Source: Nitrosopumilus sp. (GTDB lineage Archaea > Thermoproteota > Nitrososphaeria > Nitrososphaerales > Nitrosopumilaceae). From it: 64,000 nt of DNA. The stretch lies in contig OZ244651.1 in NCBI GenBank assembly GCA_965218695.1, forward strand, positions 608,001 to 672,000, read 5' to 3'. The position numbers and the translations under genes were made by a program. The notes beneath the pieces are model-generated. The model was not told the DNA's origin and ran no database searches. It worked only from the letters and a program-made list of their open reading frames with translations. Below, in pieces: positions 38,588 through 48,711 of the stretch (its first letter is position 1; each line of letters opens with the position of its first letter).

Positions 38588-41286
38588 GGACAAAACTGGC
38601 TGCAGTCGCATTGGTATTGGCAATAGCCGCCGCAGCATACGCGGGATTCGCAGAGGACGCGTTTGCCAAACAGCTCCAGGTGGTTACGTCGCGCGGCAAC
38701 GTCTTTACCGTAAAGGTTGACATACCGACCAACAGCACGCATACTGTCCTGGTAATCAACAGCACGCAAATAATCAACAGCACGCAGGTGATCAACAACA
38801 CCAACCCCGGGATAACCTTCCCGATGGAAATCGTCACGAAGAACGCAGAGGGCCACATCGTCTACGGGAACGGCACGAGTGGTGCAGAAAAGCCGCTGGA
38901 CCCGTACACGTTCCCAGGCGAGTTTGAGTTTGCAGCAGTCGTGCTGGACGCGGACGCCAAGAATACGATGCCCATACCCAAACTCCTGGCAAAATACGAG
39001 ATGGTTAATGACGATTCGCTGAACTGGATAGAGGACACCGACACCGGCGACAACATCCTGGTTCCGCTGGACGTGGATCCGGCAACATACGGGAACGGGT
39101 GGAAAGTGGAAGGCGATTGGACAGTACTTGACAACACTCCAGGGGAAAGCCGCAAGACACAGGCCAGCATAGACCTCCCGCTAAACGAGCAGCTCACGAT
39201 GAAGGGCGACATTTCAAGCGGCATGACGGTCCAAATCATATCGGTCGTACGGCCTTTCAACCCCAACACCGTCAGTTATTACAGTCAATACGTATCGTCT
39301 TCTTCTTCGTCTTTGGAAAAAAAGTATTTCGAGTATGACGGCCCGACATTCAGTTATTTTGGCAGTAAATACATACCCAAACAATGTACATGGTGGCCAA
39401 ACAGTTTGACATACCAGGGATTCAAGACCAACTATCCGAGTCCCGGACAGGGACTCGGGCCAAACCACATCGTCTATAATGGATACGGACCTACCAACGT
39501 GGCCACTAGCGCGGGCTGCGCAATACAACCACATATAACCACATACATAAATGGACCCGGGTCGAATATCGGATTCGACGGCGACCGATGGACAGGTTAT
39601 ACAATATACGGAGAGATGTTGAGAAGCACCAGCGGGCTTACCCTGTATCCAAACGTTTACGCTCTTGGCTGCCAGTCGTCAACGCACATAAGCGTAACGA
39701 CAAGTTATAGGGAAGGCGGAAGTAGCGGCATACACACCGTGAATGTGCCGTACACTAAAACGCCTACTGTGACTTGTGTCAGTGAACACGGATACCAAAA
39801 AATCACGAGAATTGACATCCCAGGCGAGTCCATACGAAAGAAAATAGAACGTGTTGGTTATGGTTCTGCTCCCACCTTGACGTTTTACGTGCCTGTGACT
39901 GCATCTGTCCGGATCGACATACCGCAAATACCGCCCACAATACAGGTGCTGCACTCGTTCAGCGGGCAAGACATTAGCCATCCTTTCACTATGCAGTCGT
40001 ACAGCGGAAACCTGTATCTCAGGACGGTCGGCGGTGACGCCACGTCGACGGCACAGATCAAGGTGTTTGAGGGAGAGGAGATCCCGCCGGCATTCATAGT
40101 TACGAACATGCCAGAGAATGCGCCGTACAGGATAACGGCCGACGGCATCACCATAATATCCGGCCTGACGTCGAGCGCAGGCGGCATAGAAGTCACTCCT
40201 GCAGACATGGATTTTGATTTCTTTGAGGGCAAGAATCTTGAACTCACGATATGGCCCGACTCCCTGTCCAGACGCGGAGGCAGCAGCGATGCCGTGATGT
40301 TTGACGCATACAACAAAGAAACCAAGGACTTTCGGTGGCACGTTCCAATCATATACGTGGCCGAATCCATGCTGCAGGTAAGCATAGATCAAGACGGCAT
40401 GGACATTGCCGGAGTCATATTGGAAGGCGGGTCTGACATCAGTTTTGATGGGCGCCAGGGGTTGTACAATGACGGGGACGAGTTGCTTGTCCCGCTGTAC
40501 CCGGATGCCAATGCGATTGCAATCAGGGTCAACGGGGAATGGGCAGACGGCATCCTGGCAGATATCCAGCAGTTTCCGCATTCTGTAAGAATGACAGAGG
40601 CCGAAAACTCCGCGACCAAATACGCTTTCAGCAATGACCTGGGATTCACGGTGGCGCGCGCGTCTGACAGGATCGCCGCGTTTGCCAACAGCACCGGCGA
40701 CATGCAGATCCAATTCGTCAATGCCAAGGCGTCCGGAAGCGCGGAATTCCCGTTTGACTCCTATTACTATGGAAACTTTACCCCGCCCGGAGCGCCTGAC
40801 ACGGAGGAGTGTTTCGTGTATGACAGGTGCGGTGTATGGGTGGACAGTGCCACGCATGCAGACCCGACCAGCGTCAGTTGGGGCCCGATAACGCAGTGGG
40901 TAATAGACAACAATCCGGCGGGGGTGCAGCAGGTGATGGCAGCACAGGGGCCGCTCACGGTATACGTCAATGCGTACGTAAACGGCGAATGGGTCCAAGG
41001 CCAGACGATATTTGAAAGCACGGACGTCACTGTCGTGCCCGGCGATTACTTGGACAGGCACCTCGTATACCAGTACAACGGCGGCCTGGAATACGGCATG
41101 GAAGACGACGATGCAACCATGCGCGTGCCGGTCCAATCAGGCGACTTTGTGGAGTTTGTGGTGAGCTCCAGAACAATGGCGGCCTCGACTCCGGTGTATG
41201 CAGGCAGCGGCACTTCAGCAGACGTATGGTGGGGAAACAGCACGTCGCGAATCCACAGCGGCCTCATGCAAGTCAGCATGCCGTGA
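38584..41286 (+). CDS. Large secreted beta-rich surface protein (~900 aa)
   Basis: Signal peptide MRTKLAAVALVLAIAAAAYA; ATGA overlap with the upstream gene; repeated INSTQ sequons. Confidence 0.8.
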   Translation: MRTKLAAVALVLAIAAAAYAGFAEDAFAKQLQVVTSRGNVFTVKVDIPTNSTHTVLVINSTQIINSTQVINNTNPGITFPMEIVTKNAEGHIVYGNGTSGAEKPLDPYTFPGEFEFAAVVLDADAKNTMPIPKLLAKYEMVNDDSLNWIEDTDTGDNILVPLDVDPATYGNGWKVEGDWTVLDNTPGESRKTQASIDLPLNEQLTMKGDISSGMTVQIISVVRPFNPNTVSYYSQYVSSSSSSLEKKYFEYDGPTFSYFGSKYIPKQCTWWPNSLTYQGFKTNYPSPGQGLGPNHIVYNGYGPTNVATSAGCAIQPHITTYINGPGSNIGFDGDRWTGYTIYGEMLRSTSGLTLYPNVYALGCQSSTHISVTTSYREGGSSGIHTVNVPYTKTPTVTCVSEHGYQKITRIDIPGESIRKKIERVGYGSAPTLTFYVPVTASVRIDIPQIPPTIQVLHSFSGQDISHPFTMQSYSGNLYLRTVGGDATSTAQIKVFEGEEIPPAFIVTNMPENAPYRITADGITIISGLTSSAGGIEVTPADMDFDFFEGKNLELTIWPDSLSRRGGSSDAVMFDAYNKETKDFRWHVPIIYVAESMLQVSIDQDGMDIAGVILEGGSDISFDGRQGLYNDGDELLVPLYPDANAIAIRVNGEWADGILADIQQFPHSVRMTEAENSATKYAFSNDLGFTVARASDRIAAFANSTGDMQIQFVNAKASGSAEFPFDSYYYGNFTPPGAPDTEECFVYDRCGVWVDSATHADPTSVSWGPITQWVIDNNPAGVQQVMAAQGPLTVYVNAYVNGEWVQGQTIFESTDVTVVPGDYLDRHLVYQYNGGLEYGMEDDDATMRVPVQSGDFVEFVVSSRTMAASTPVYAGSGTSADVWWGNSTSRIHSGLMQVSMP

Positions 41287-41816
41287 TTGGCCAAAACGCG
41301 GCATAATTGAAAGATGGTACACCATACTGTACCAACAACCGTACATGCCATGTTTACTTATCATGAATACACATCCCTTTATTACTGACGGAACATCAAT
41401 AATGTCATGAACCTGACCAACCCACGGATATTCATCCCGCTGGCGTGGCTTGGCTGCACGGTCGCGTATTTCGTGGCGGCGTTCTGGCTGCCGAGGCCGG
41501 ACTTTGCGGTCCAGGAGACGGCAGTGCCGGTAAGCGGCATACTTGAGATTTGGTGGCACGAGATAATGAGGAGCGCGCCAGTGCTGATACCGGGGTTTGG
41601 TGCAGTATGGGGAATCCTTTCCAGCATGGGCTTTGCCCACTCCGTGTTCTTCATGTCAGAGAACGGTATGTTTGCCATGGGACCGCAGTTCATGTTCGTG
41701 ACGTTTCCGTTCCTTTCACTGTACTTGTTGGCGCAGTGCATCATGATCAGGCGCGGAATCCTGATACTCATGGCCTTGCGGCAGCCTGCAGAAACCGAAG
41801 AGGTGGCAGCAGCGTA

Positions 41817-43455
41817 TAGTGCCCATCATAAAGATCCGGAACGGTAAACCCAGTTTTGGTTCCGGTACTGCCTGAATAATCAAAACCTTAAGATCAGCGA
41901 TACCTCCGCGCTTAATCATGGCTGGTACAAAACGCCGAAACGAAAACATACCCAAGGGAGACGCGTTCATGGCAGGCACATCCATGAGGGAGATCCAAGA
42001 GGCCCTCAAAAAAGAGAAGAACGGCAAAGCAGTCAACATACTGCTTGCCTGCATGTGGAGGCGTGAGGGAGAAGACGGGGTATGGATCGCAGGCAAGCTG
42101 CACGTGCCGGTCAGTACCATTTACGACCGGCTGCACCGCATGCACTTGGGCGGTCTTGATGCATGTCCTGACAAGACCAAGCCCGGAAGGCCAAGAAAGA
42201 TCCAGCCAGAAATCCATTCAAAGATATCCGAGTCCATCGACAGGCAGCCGGGCGGATGTGGGATAAAATCCAACGTCTGGACCGGAAGGCTGATTCTGAT
42301 CATGATCTCCAGTCTGTTCTCCATTGACAACGTCTCTCCCAGTACGGCATACAGGACGATGCACAGGCTGAACAAGACATACAGAAAACCCGGAAGGCCG
42401 CGCCACGGCCGCTCGCCTTCTGACGAGGTAAAGGCAGAATTTAAGCGCGGCCTGGCAAAGGAGATTTTTAGCAATACCGTGGATGGACACCGCCTCTTCT
42501 GGATGGACGAGTCCCATTTTACCACAAAAACGATCCGCGGCATGACCTGGCTTGCGCGTGGCCTGTCAATACCGCAGGTGATCAAGCCGTTTGGCAGGAG
42601 CTACACGTGCTTTGGGGCACTGGGATTGGACGGTCTGCTACACCACAGGTACTATGACTGCGGCAACACCGATTCGATGATTGATTTTGTCAATGGCCTG
42701 CACGATGCCTACGGGAAGGTACTCTTGGTGATGGACAATGCATCCATCCACAAATCCAAAAAGCTGATGGCAGAGTTGAAAAAGTACGATGGGGACGTCA
42801 GGATTGCCTACCAGCCGACATATTCGCCGGATCTCAACCCAGTCGAGATGGTCTGGAAAGAACTCAAGAGGTACGTCGCCAACGGCCTGTACCGGCGTGT
42901 GGAGGACATGACGGGAGCCATGGACGAGATGATTCAGTCAGGCACGGTAAGTCTGCCCCAACTGCCAGAATACGCGACAGATGCAATCAGGCGCGCCAAG
43001 GCGACTGCTGCTGCCTGACGACTTGGGGGCGAGGTGCGCGTACCTGTGGGAGTCAGGCCCGATCCTTCGAGTATGGATCACGACACTCGTGCCGCGCATC
43101 TAGCCCGCCGTGGTGCATCCGGCACAGCCAGTCCTCGACTGTATCGGGTGACATGTAAAACATGTCTGCAATCTCCGAGCACCCGTCACCTTCCTTGCGC
43201 CGTAGGCAAATGAGTAGCGGAAAACTGCTCCAGGCATACCTGTCCATCCCGTGTACTGCCCGGATGTCATTGGCAGATATGCCCTCCATGAATTTGTCCC
43301 CCTTGGGCACCTTGTCGTCCGGGTGTTTTTCTCCGGTCACGGCATGGTCTGGGAGTGGAATGATCTAAACGTTTCTGCTGTCCCGGTAGTGCGATGCCGG
43401 ACGCGTGACGTGCCAAAATCCCCGTCACCATTCCGGATATTTATGACGGGTACTA
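41817..43455 (+). mobile_element. IS630-family IS with transposase 41918-43018 and a convergent second ORF
   Basis: ~30-bp TIRs TAGT(G/A)CCC(A/G)TCATAAA(G/T)ATCCGGAA(C/T)GGT with TA duplication; MDESHF, MDNASIH, SPDLNPVE. Confidence 0.92.
43053..43340 (-). CDS. Stand-alone paralog of the IS630 transposase N-terminal HTH domain
   Basis: PKGDKFMEG..LL.C..RKEG..IA..T..WL.RMHHGGLDA aligns with the transposase's PKGDAFMAG..LLAC..REG..IA..T..RL.RMHLGGLDA. Confidence 0.75.
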   Translation of the reverse strand: MTGEKHPDDKVPKGDKFMEGISANDIRAVHGMDRYAWSSFPLLICLRRKEGDGCSEIADMFYMSPDTVEDWLCRMHHGGLDARHECRDPYSKDRA

Positions 43456-44089
43456 TACCACGAGTCCGAACAGACCGCTGGATGGAGCGAAAGCGGTAGC
43501 GGTGGATATGACGCCTCCTTTATTGACAAACTTGCTCCGATGGCAAGGCCGTTCCTGCGAGATGCCGGCATATTCTTCGCGCTGCTGTTCGTCTCGGCTG
43601 TCCTGACGTTCGTGGCATGGGGCGAGGCGCCGTCAAGCACGACGCTCCAGGCATATTGGACATACAACGGAATGCTTGACTATTGGGCAACACTGCCAGA
43701 AAGGATCGGTGAATTTGTGCCTGTCGTTGACTGGGACACCATGGTTGGCACCGCGTGGGAATCGCTTGTTTGATCCCGGCCGGCGTGCCATGACGAGGCG
43801 TGAATCTGCCATCGCGTGAATGACCCTCAATTGGAACCATCCCGCGGTACGTACGCATGCATGCACAGTTTCTGCAACGCGATGCTGTCTGTCTTGCCGC
43901 GCAAATGCCAGGTCATCTGCCAAACCATATTGTAAACGGCTCCGAGGTGGCACCGCCAAGATGTGTATATCTTAAGCTCATTCCGGCCAGATTGCCTTCG
44001 TACCGGTGCTCAAATTCGGCATGGCCTTTCCATGACATGCTGCCATGAAGCATTATGTGTCGCGTAGGGTCGGTGCGCGTCCCTCTGTC

Positions 44090-45634
44090 GTATGAATTCA
44101 CCTGCCCCTTATATCAGTCGACCAACTTCTTCGGCCACGCTCTTGCCATGTGCCCTCCACGTGAGGACGCACGTGACAAAATCTGCAAGGCGCTTCATGG
44201 CCTTGGAGCCGCCCTTGGTCTGCCCGCTTATCTTGCGGAACACCACCAGGTAGCGCAGCGCCCTCTCGCTGGCGTTGTTTGTAGGCTCGACGCCGGGATG
44301 CTCCAGGAACGCAAACATGCGGTGCAGGTGCCTCTCGAGCTTGTCCAGCACCTTTTGCATGTCGTCATCGTCACCACCACCACCGGCATCGCGGTACCGG
44401 TCAAGCACGTCCTGCATGGTGCGGTTCATCGTATGCCGCAGCTGTGGCGAGCGCGCCTCCTGCGCGGCCAGCAGTTTTGCCCTCTCAAACACCCACTTGT
44501 GGTCCTCGTGGAGCTGCCGCCGCCGCCGCCGGACACGTTTGGTCTCGGGAGGCACGGCGCAGTATTTTTCTGCCAGGTGCCTTGTCTGCCGGAGGTCGTG
44601 CGCCCAGCACGACTGGTGCATGCCGTCCTTGTCAAACCTGTCATATCCGGTGTACCCGTCAGTTATCGCCACCCCGTCAAATTTGTCCATGGCATCGAGC
44701 ATGAGCGTGGCCCTGCTCTGGCTGATGTTTATTGCGATGTTTTTGCCCGACTGTGCCACGTTTGCGTGTACCTTCTGGCCGTCGTTTCGCCAGCTGGTTT
44801 CGTCAAACCCGGCACAGTCAGAAGCCTCCACTTCCCCGAGGATCCTGCCTGCCTCGTGGCCCGAGGCGTCCCCGACGCGTGCCATGATGTTGTTGACGGT
44901 GGATCCTGCAAGCATAATGCCCGTTATGGAGCGCACCGCGACCGAGATTCCCTTGAGCGGCACCCGTGCCGCGCGCAGTTCTGAGACGAGTCCGACCATG
45001 CCCTTGCCGAAGTTGCCCCGCCGCGGCAGGTCGTTTGGAGCATCTTCCCTGCGGCCGCATGAGCCGCATACTGCAGTCTCCACGCGGTGCCGCGTCTCGC
45101 ACGCAGTCACCCTGATGTCCGTGATGTCCCGCACGCGCGGACTGCCAATCGCCATCCGGCCGCCGCCGCCGCCGCACCCGCATTCCGGGAGCACCGGCAC
45201 CCGCCTCCTGCCCGACTTCCTGCGCCCGAACCTGTGGGATACGGTCCTTTCCGGGTCGTGGGGGCGCGACGCCCCCGCGTGTCCCTTTCTTCCCCCGCGC
45301 TTGGATTTGCCCTCCTTTTCCTGTTTTTTTGCCCGCTCCCTCTTCTGGGCCTTCCATTCCAGGGATTCAGATGAGGGCGGCGTGTTGGGGTTTGTATAGT
45401 ATGTCATGAGGCGTTCGCTGTACCCCAAGGCCCTTTCAAGACGTTCTATCCTGCCAAGTGCCTTCTCAAGATCGGATTTGAGGGTGGCAATCTCCCGGTT
45501 CCGTGCTAGGAGTTCCTCTTTTAGCTGGTCCCTGCTCATGTGCCGTGAATTTACCATGTAAAGTGATGTGTATTGCCAGCATATGGATCAGTATGATCAT
45601 TTTTTTGTGACAGGAAGGACAGGTGAATTCATAC
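44090..45634 (-). mobile_element. IS66-family insertion sequence (single transposase ORF 44109-45557)
   Basis: TIRs GTATGAATTCACCTG(C/T)CC; 8-bp TSD CCTCTGTC (44082-89, 45635-42); PPSS, DETSW, TDGY, QSCWAH, PTNNASERALR. Confidence 0.95.
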
Positions 45635-46174
45635 CCTCTGTCCGCTCAAACCTTTAAAAGAAAAGCATCCCAATACAAAACGTGGTTATTATAAACTGCA
45701 ATATTGTAGCGAAAGTTCGTATTTAAACTGCTTTTGGAAAAACTGGTATTCCCGTTTTGGCCGGTTCCGTGTAGGGCACAAGATACGGATTGCCGCCGTT
45801 GCACAACTCGATGTTTGACGCATGTCTGCAGTGTACCCTGCATGCTGGGAATCGGAGACGGCACAATGAAGAAGTTTTGCGGCCGTTTTATTAGATTCAA
45901 TGCCTGCTTCCCATGGAACGCAGGCGGGCATGTCGCTGGGGGCCGATATCGGACATGTCAGTGGTTGTGAGCATGTCGGCGTTCTGGGCCGTCTGCGGGT
46001 GGCTGTTTGCGCAGATCATGTTTCCCGAACTGCCGCACATGGTGCCAATCACGATATCCCTGATACACATAACGCATGTGGCATATTTTGCCATTGCAGA
46101 CTGGCGTGCGTCAAGAACTATCCCTTGAATGCCGAATAGTAACGTGCTTCGTGGCAGTGTCACTTGCCGCATGA

Positions 46175-46321
46175 TCATTTGAGAAAGCAGTATTTGCACT
46201 GCGATGCGTATCCGGCCTGCCTGTTCTTGCCGCAGTCGTCGCACCACCCGTTGCCTATGCATGACTCACATACGGTCACGTTACTCTCACACCGATCCAT
46301 TCTGCAATGATTGCACATCAT
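46175..46321 (-). CDS. 48-aa GWC-family double zinc finger (isolated copy)
   Basis: MMCNHC-x11-CESCIGNGWCDDCG-x10-CKYC; CCC-TTATA 27 nt upstream. Confidence 0.78.
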   Translation of the reverse strand: MMCNHCRMDRCESNVTVCESCIGNGWCDDCGKNRQAGYASQCKYCFLK

Positions 46322-46545
46322 GGACGGATATGCTCCAAAATGGTATAAGGGAAAAGTCACATGCAGGCAGACAGGCAGCACCGTATGGCGTTATGGTTCA
46401 TCCAATGTGAATGCAAATGGACCGCAAAGGCGCATCATGCACGGAATCTGGACGTGAGCGATACTGTCGTTGAGGTGGCACGCCCGTAAACCACTGCAAT
46501 CCAAGACGGGGTTTGTATAAATATCGAAAATGATCTACGTATCCC

Positions 46546-46686
46546 ATAGCAAAACGAGTTACAATCATGATCAGTGACGATCTGGACCGCAAGGTGCGGG
46601 AGTACCAGGCCAGGACAATACAGGAAACCAACAGGGCATACAGTTACTCCAAGGCCATCAACGACTTACTGAGAAAGGACATCTGA
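46546..46686 (+). CDS. Ribbon-helix-helix protein with an ATA at the expected start
   Basis: (I)AKRVTIMISDDLDRKVREYQA...YSYSKAINDLLRK; TATAAAT about 29 nt upstream. Confidence 0.6.
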   Translation: MAKRVTIMISDDLDRKVREYQARTIQETNRAYSYSKAINDLLRKDI

Positions 46687-46839
46687 CGGCGCACAGTCCG
46701 GCTCGTGTTGCTGGTGTCATGGGCCACCGGCTGGATTTCCCGGGGGGCATAGTGGCGGTACCTGCCAGATTCATGTCAGGGTGCGCAGGTCACGACTCCA
46801 TGACAACATTCAGATCCGGATGATGGTGTATCCTGCAGA

Positions 46840-47121
46840 TCAGCAGTACTTTTTGAGCTGCTCCACCATGGCATCGAGTATGACATCGCGGCTTATTAGT
46901 ATGCATGGGATGTTATTCTCCCTGCACGCCTTACCATTTTCAACATCCTCTGTAATCAGCACCATGCCGTTGTCCCTGACATAGCTGATCACAGAATAGT
47001 CGGTCTTGAGCGGATGGCCCTGGGCCAGGAGCTTCTTGACGCTGTACGCCTTGCACTTGAGGCCAAGGCTGTTAATCTTGTAATCAAAGCCGTCATACAT
47101 CTCGTCAAGCAGTACGTCCAT
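46840..47121 (-). CDS. DUF5615 PIN-like protein
   Basis: MDVLLDEM...TDYSVI...MVLITED. Confidence 0.75.
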   Translation of the reverse strand: MDVLLDEMYDGFDYKINSLGLKCKAYSVKKLLAQGHPLKTDYSVISYVRDNGMVLITEDVENGKACRENNIPCILISRDVILDAMVEQLKKYC

Positions 47122-47455
47122 ACGCGCAACTTGCAGGCTGCTTGGTATTAACATGTTTGGACATGTCCTGTCCGGGCTAGCCGGCCACATCAGTCTGGCC
47201 ACCTGCAGGCTGCTGCCAAGATCAAAAAAGGTGCTACCCCGCATGAAAGCACTGGGGTGTTCTGGAACGGCGCAATGCCTGCCAGTGCAGTGCCGTTCAG
47301 GCGCAGTACAGTTCCGGATGCTGTCGCGTGTGACGTCATATGCGTACGTGCAGAGTCATGCAGCCTGCCCGGATCGGCAGCCATGTCATATCATGCCTTG
47401 TAGAGCAGTCCCTGCAGGCGTCAGGTACTTAACCGCCAATGGCATACTGTCGATT

Positions 47456-47698
47456 GTGGAGGACAACAAGGAGGATGACCCAGGGGCATCAAAAAGGGAC
47501 CACATGGCATACTACAGATCACTGTGCAGGACCATCTCGGAGATCAAACAGGAGATGGGATCCGAGGAAGACCCCACCATAAGGAGCCATCTTGACGGAA
47601 GGGTCAGGGCCATGGAGCAGGATCTTGACAGGATAAAAAAGATGTTTCCAGATGTCACGCCAGAAGAGTGGGATGCAGAAGCCGCCCCCGGCGACTGA
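47456..47698 (+). CDS. Hypothetical protein
   Basis: Helical 80-aa ORF with GTG start. Confidence 0.6.
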   Translation: MEDNKEDDPGASKRDHMAYYRSLCRTISEIKQEMGSEEDPTIRSHLDGRVRAMEQDLDRIKKMFPDVTPEEWDAEAAPGD

Positions 47699-47751
47699 CA
47701 GGCACATTCTACAGGCACGTCGGATCCAGGCAAAGCCGCAGACTGGAACCG

Positions 47752-48084
47752 TCATTCGGGTTGGCCCTGCCCGGTTCCGCCCTGCACCATGTCATGCAGT
47801 CGGCAGCACAACGCATCCAGGTGTTCGGGGGATACGCCGTCAAACCACACCAGTTCGGGGTCTATGGAGAATCCCTCGGATGTGCCGGGACGCGATCTTA
47901 CAAAATCCGCCTCCGCCTCAAACATCTCTTGTATTGCGTCCTGTTCGCGCAATGACAGTCGGCGGCCGCACGGCACCATGTCCATCTGCACGTGGTACCT
48001 TCCGTGCACGGGACTTACCTTTGCCCTGATAAACGGCCTGCCCGAATGCTGGCACTCCCTGTAGTACCTGTCATACTCAAACAT
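47752..48084 (-). CDS. Hypothetical protein
   Basis: MFEYDRYYREC...PFIRAK. Confidence 0.6.
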   Translation of the reverse strand: MFEYDRYYRECQHSGRPFIRAKVSPVHGRYHVQMDMVPCGRRLSLREQDAIQEMFEAEADFVRSRPGTSEGFSIDPELVWFDGVSPEHLDALCCRLHDMVQGGTGQGQPE

Positions 48085-48155
48085 CTTTGAATCCCCGATG
48101 TACTTGTGCGGAACCAACAGCATCACACATGGCGCCTGCATTATCTAATGGTTTG

Positions 48156-48533
48156 CTAAATCATGGAGGTGATCTTCTTTACCTTGGTTATCAGGCGGGA
48201 CATCGTGACAGGCGGCATCTCTGCCTCTGTCGTGAAATAGATGATGCTTCGCCTTGTGTACACGACCAGTTGCGATACATGCTCCCTTTCAACATGGACA
48301 TACCTGACCTTGCCAAGCGACGTGTCAAACTCCTTGCGCATGGTACGCCTTTGTGCCACCTGCATGCAAAAGTGCTCCTGCTCCTTTTGGGACTTGAGGT
48401 TGGTCTTTCCCTTCTTCATGATGGCCTCGCGCACGTTGCCCTTTGAGTCAATGATTGCAGCAAACCTCATCTTTGGACTGATGTCTATGATGTCCTCGAC
48501 GATCTTCAGAAGGTTTGACTTTGCTACTGACAT
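48156..48533 (-). CDS. DUF6659-type (profilin/roadblock-like) thaumarchaeal protein
   Basis: PKMRFAAIID.KG...RRTMRKEFDTSLGKVRY..VERE.V. Confidence 0.75.
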   Translation of the reverse strand: MSVAKSNLLKIVEDIIDISPKMRFAAIIDSKGNVREAIMKKGKTNLKSQKEQEHFCMQVAQRRTMRKEFDTSLGKVRYVHVEREHVSQLVVYTRRSIIYFTTEAEMPPVTMSRLITKVKKITSMI

Positions 48534-48711
48534 GTATTTTTGTGAGGATAACAGGCTAAATATAAGCTATCAAAACATGCAGGTACTGCAAATCCCGGTC
48601 GTGGGATTGCCAGGCCATCGCAGCGTCAATGGATGGCCACAATCAGAATCGCACGCCAATCTTTGATGACCCCGCAGGCCTCCGAATCTGTTCATGCTGT
48701 GGCGTGCCGAG

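Larger units (their letters stand above)
41407..43773 (+). pseudogene. SpoIIM/DUF95-like membrane protein interrupted by IS630
   Basis: IPGFGAVWGILSS motif; removing 41817-43457 joins AAAY to HESEQ...MARPFLRDAGIFF in frame (241 aa). Confidence 0.7.

Noticed and set aside
39679-41136. Long antisense ORFs (also 14299-15300, 44275-45399, 16503-17321, 56112-56936)
   Set aside because: Shadow frames of GC-rich genuine genes on the opposite strand, with no motifs of their own
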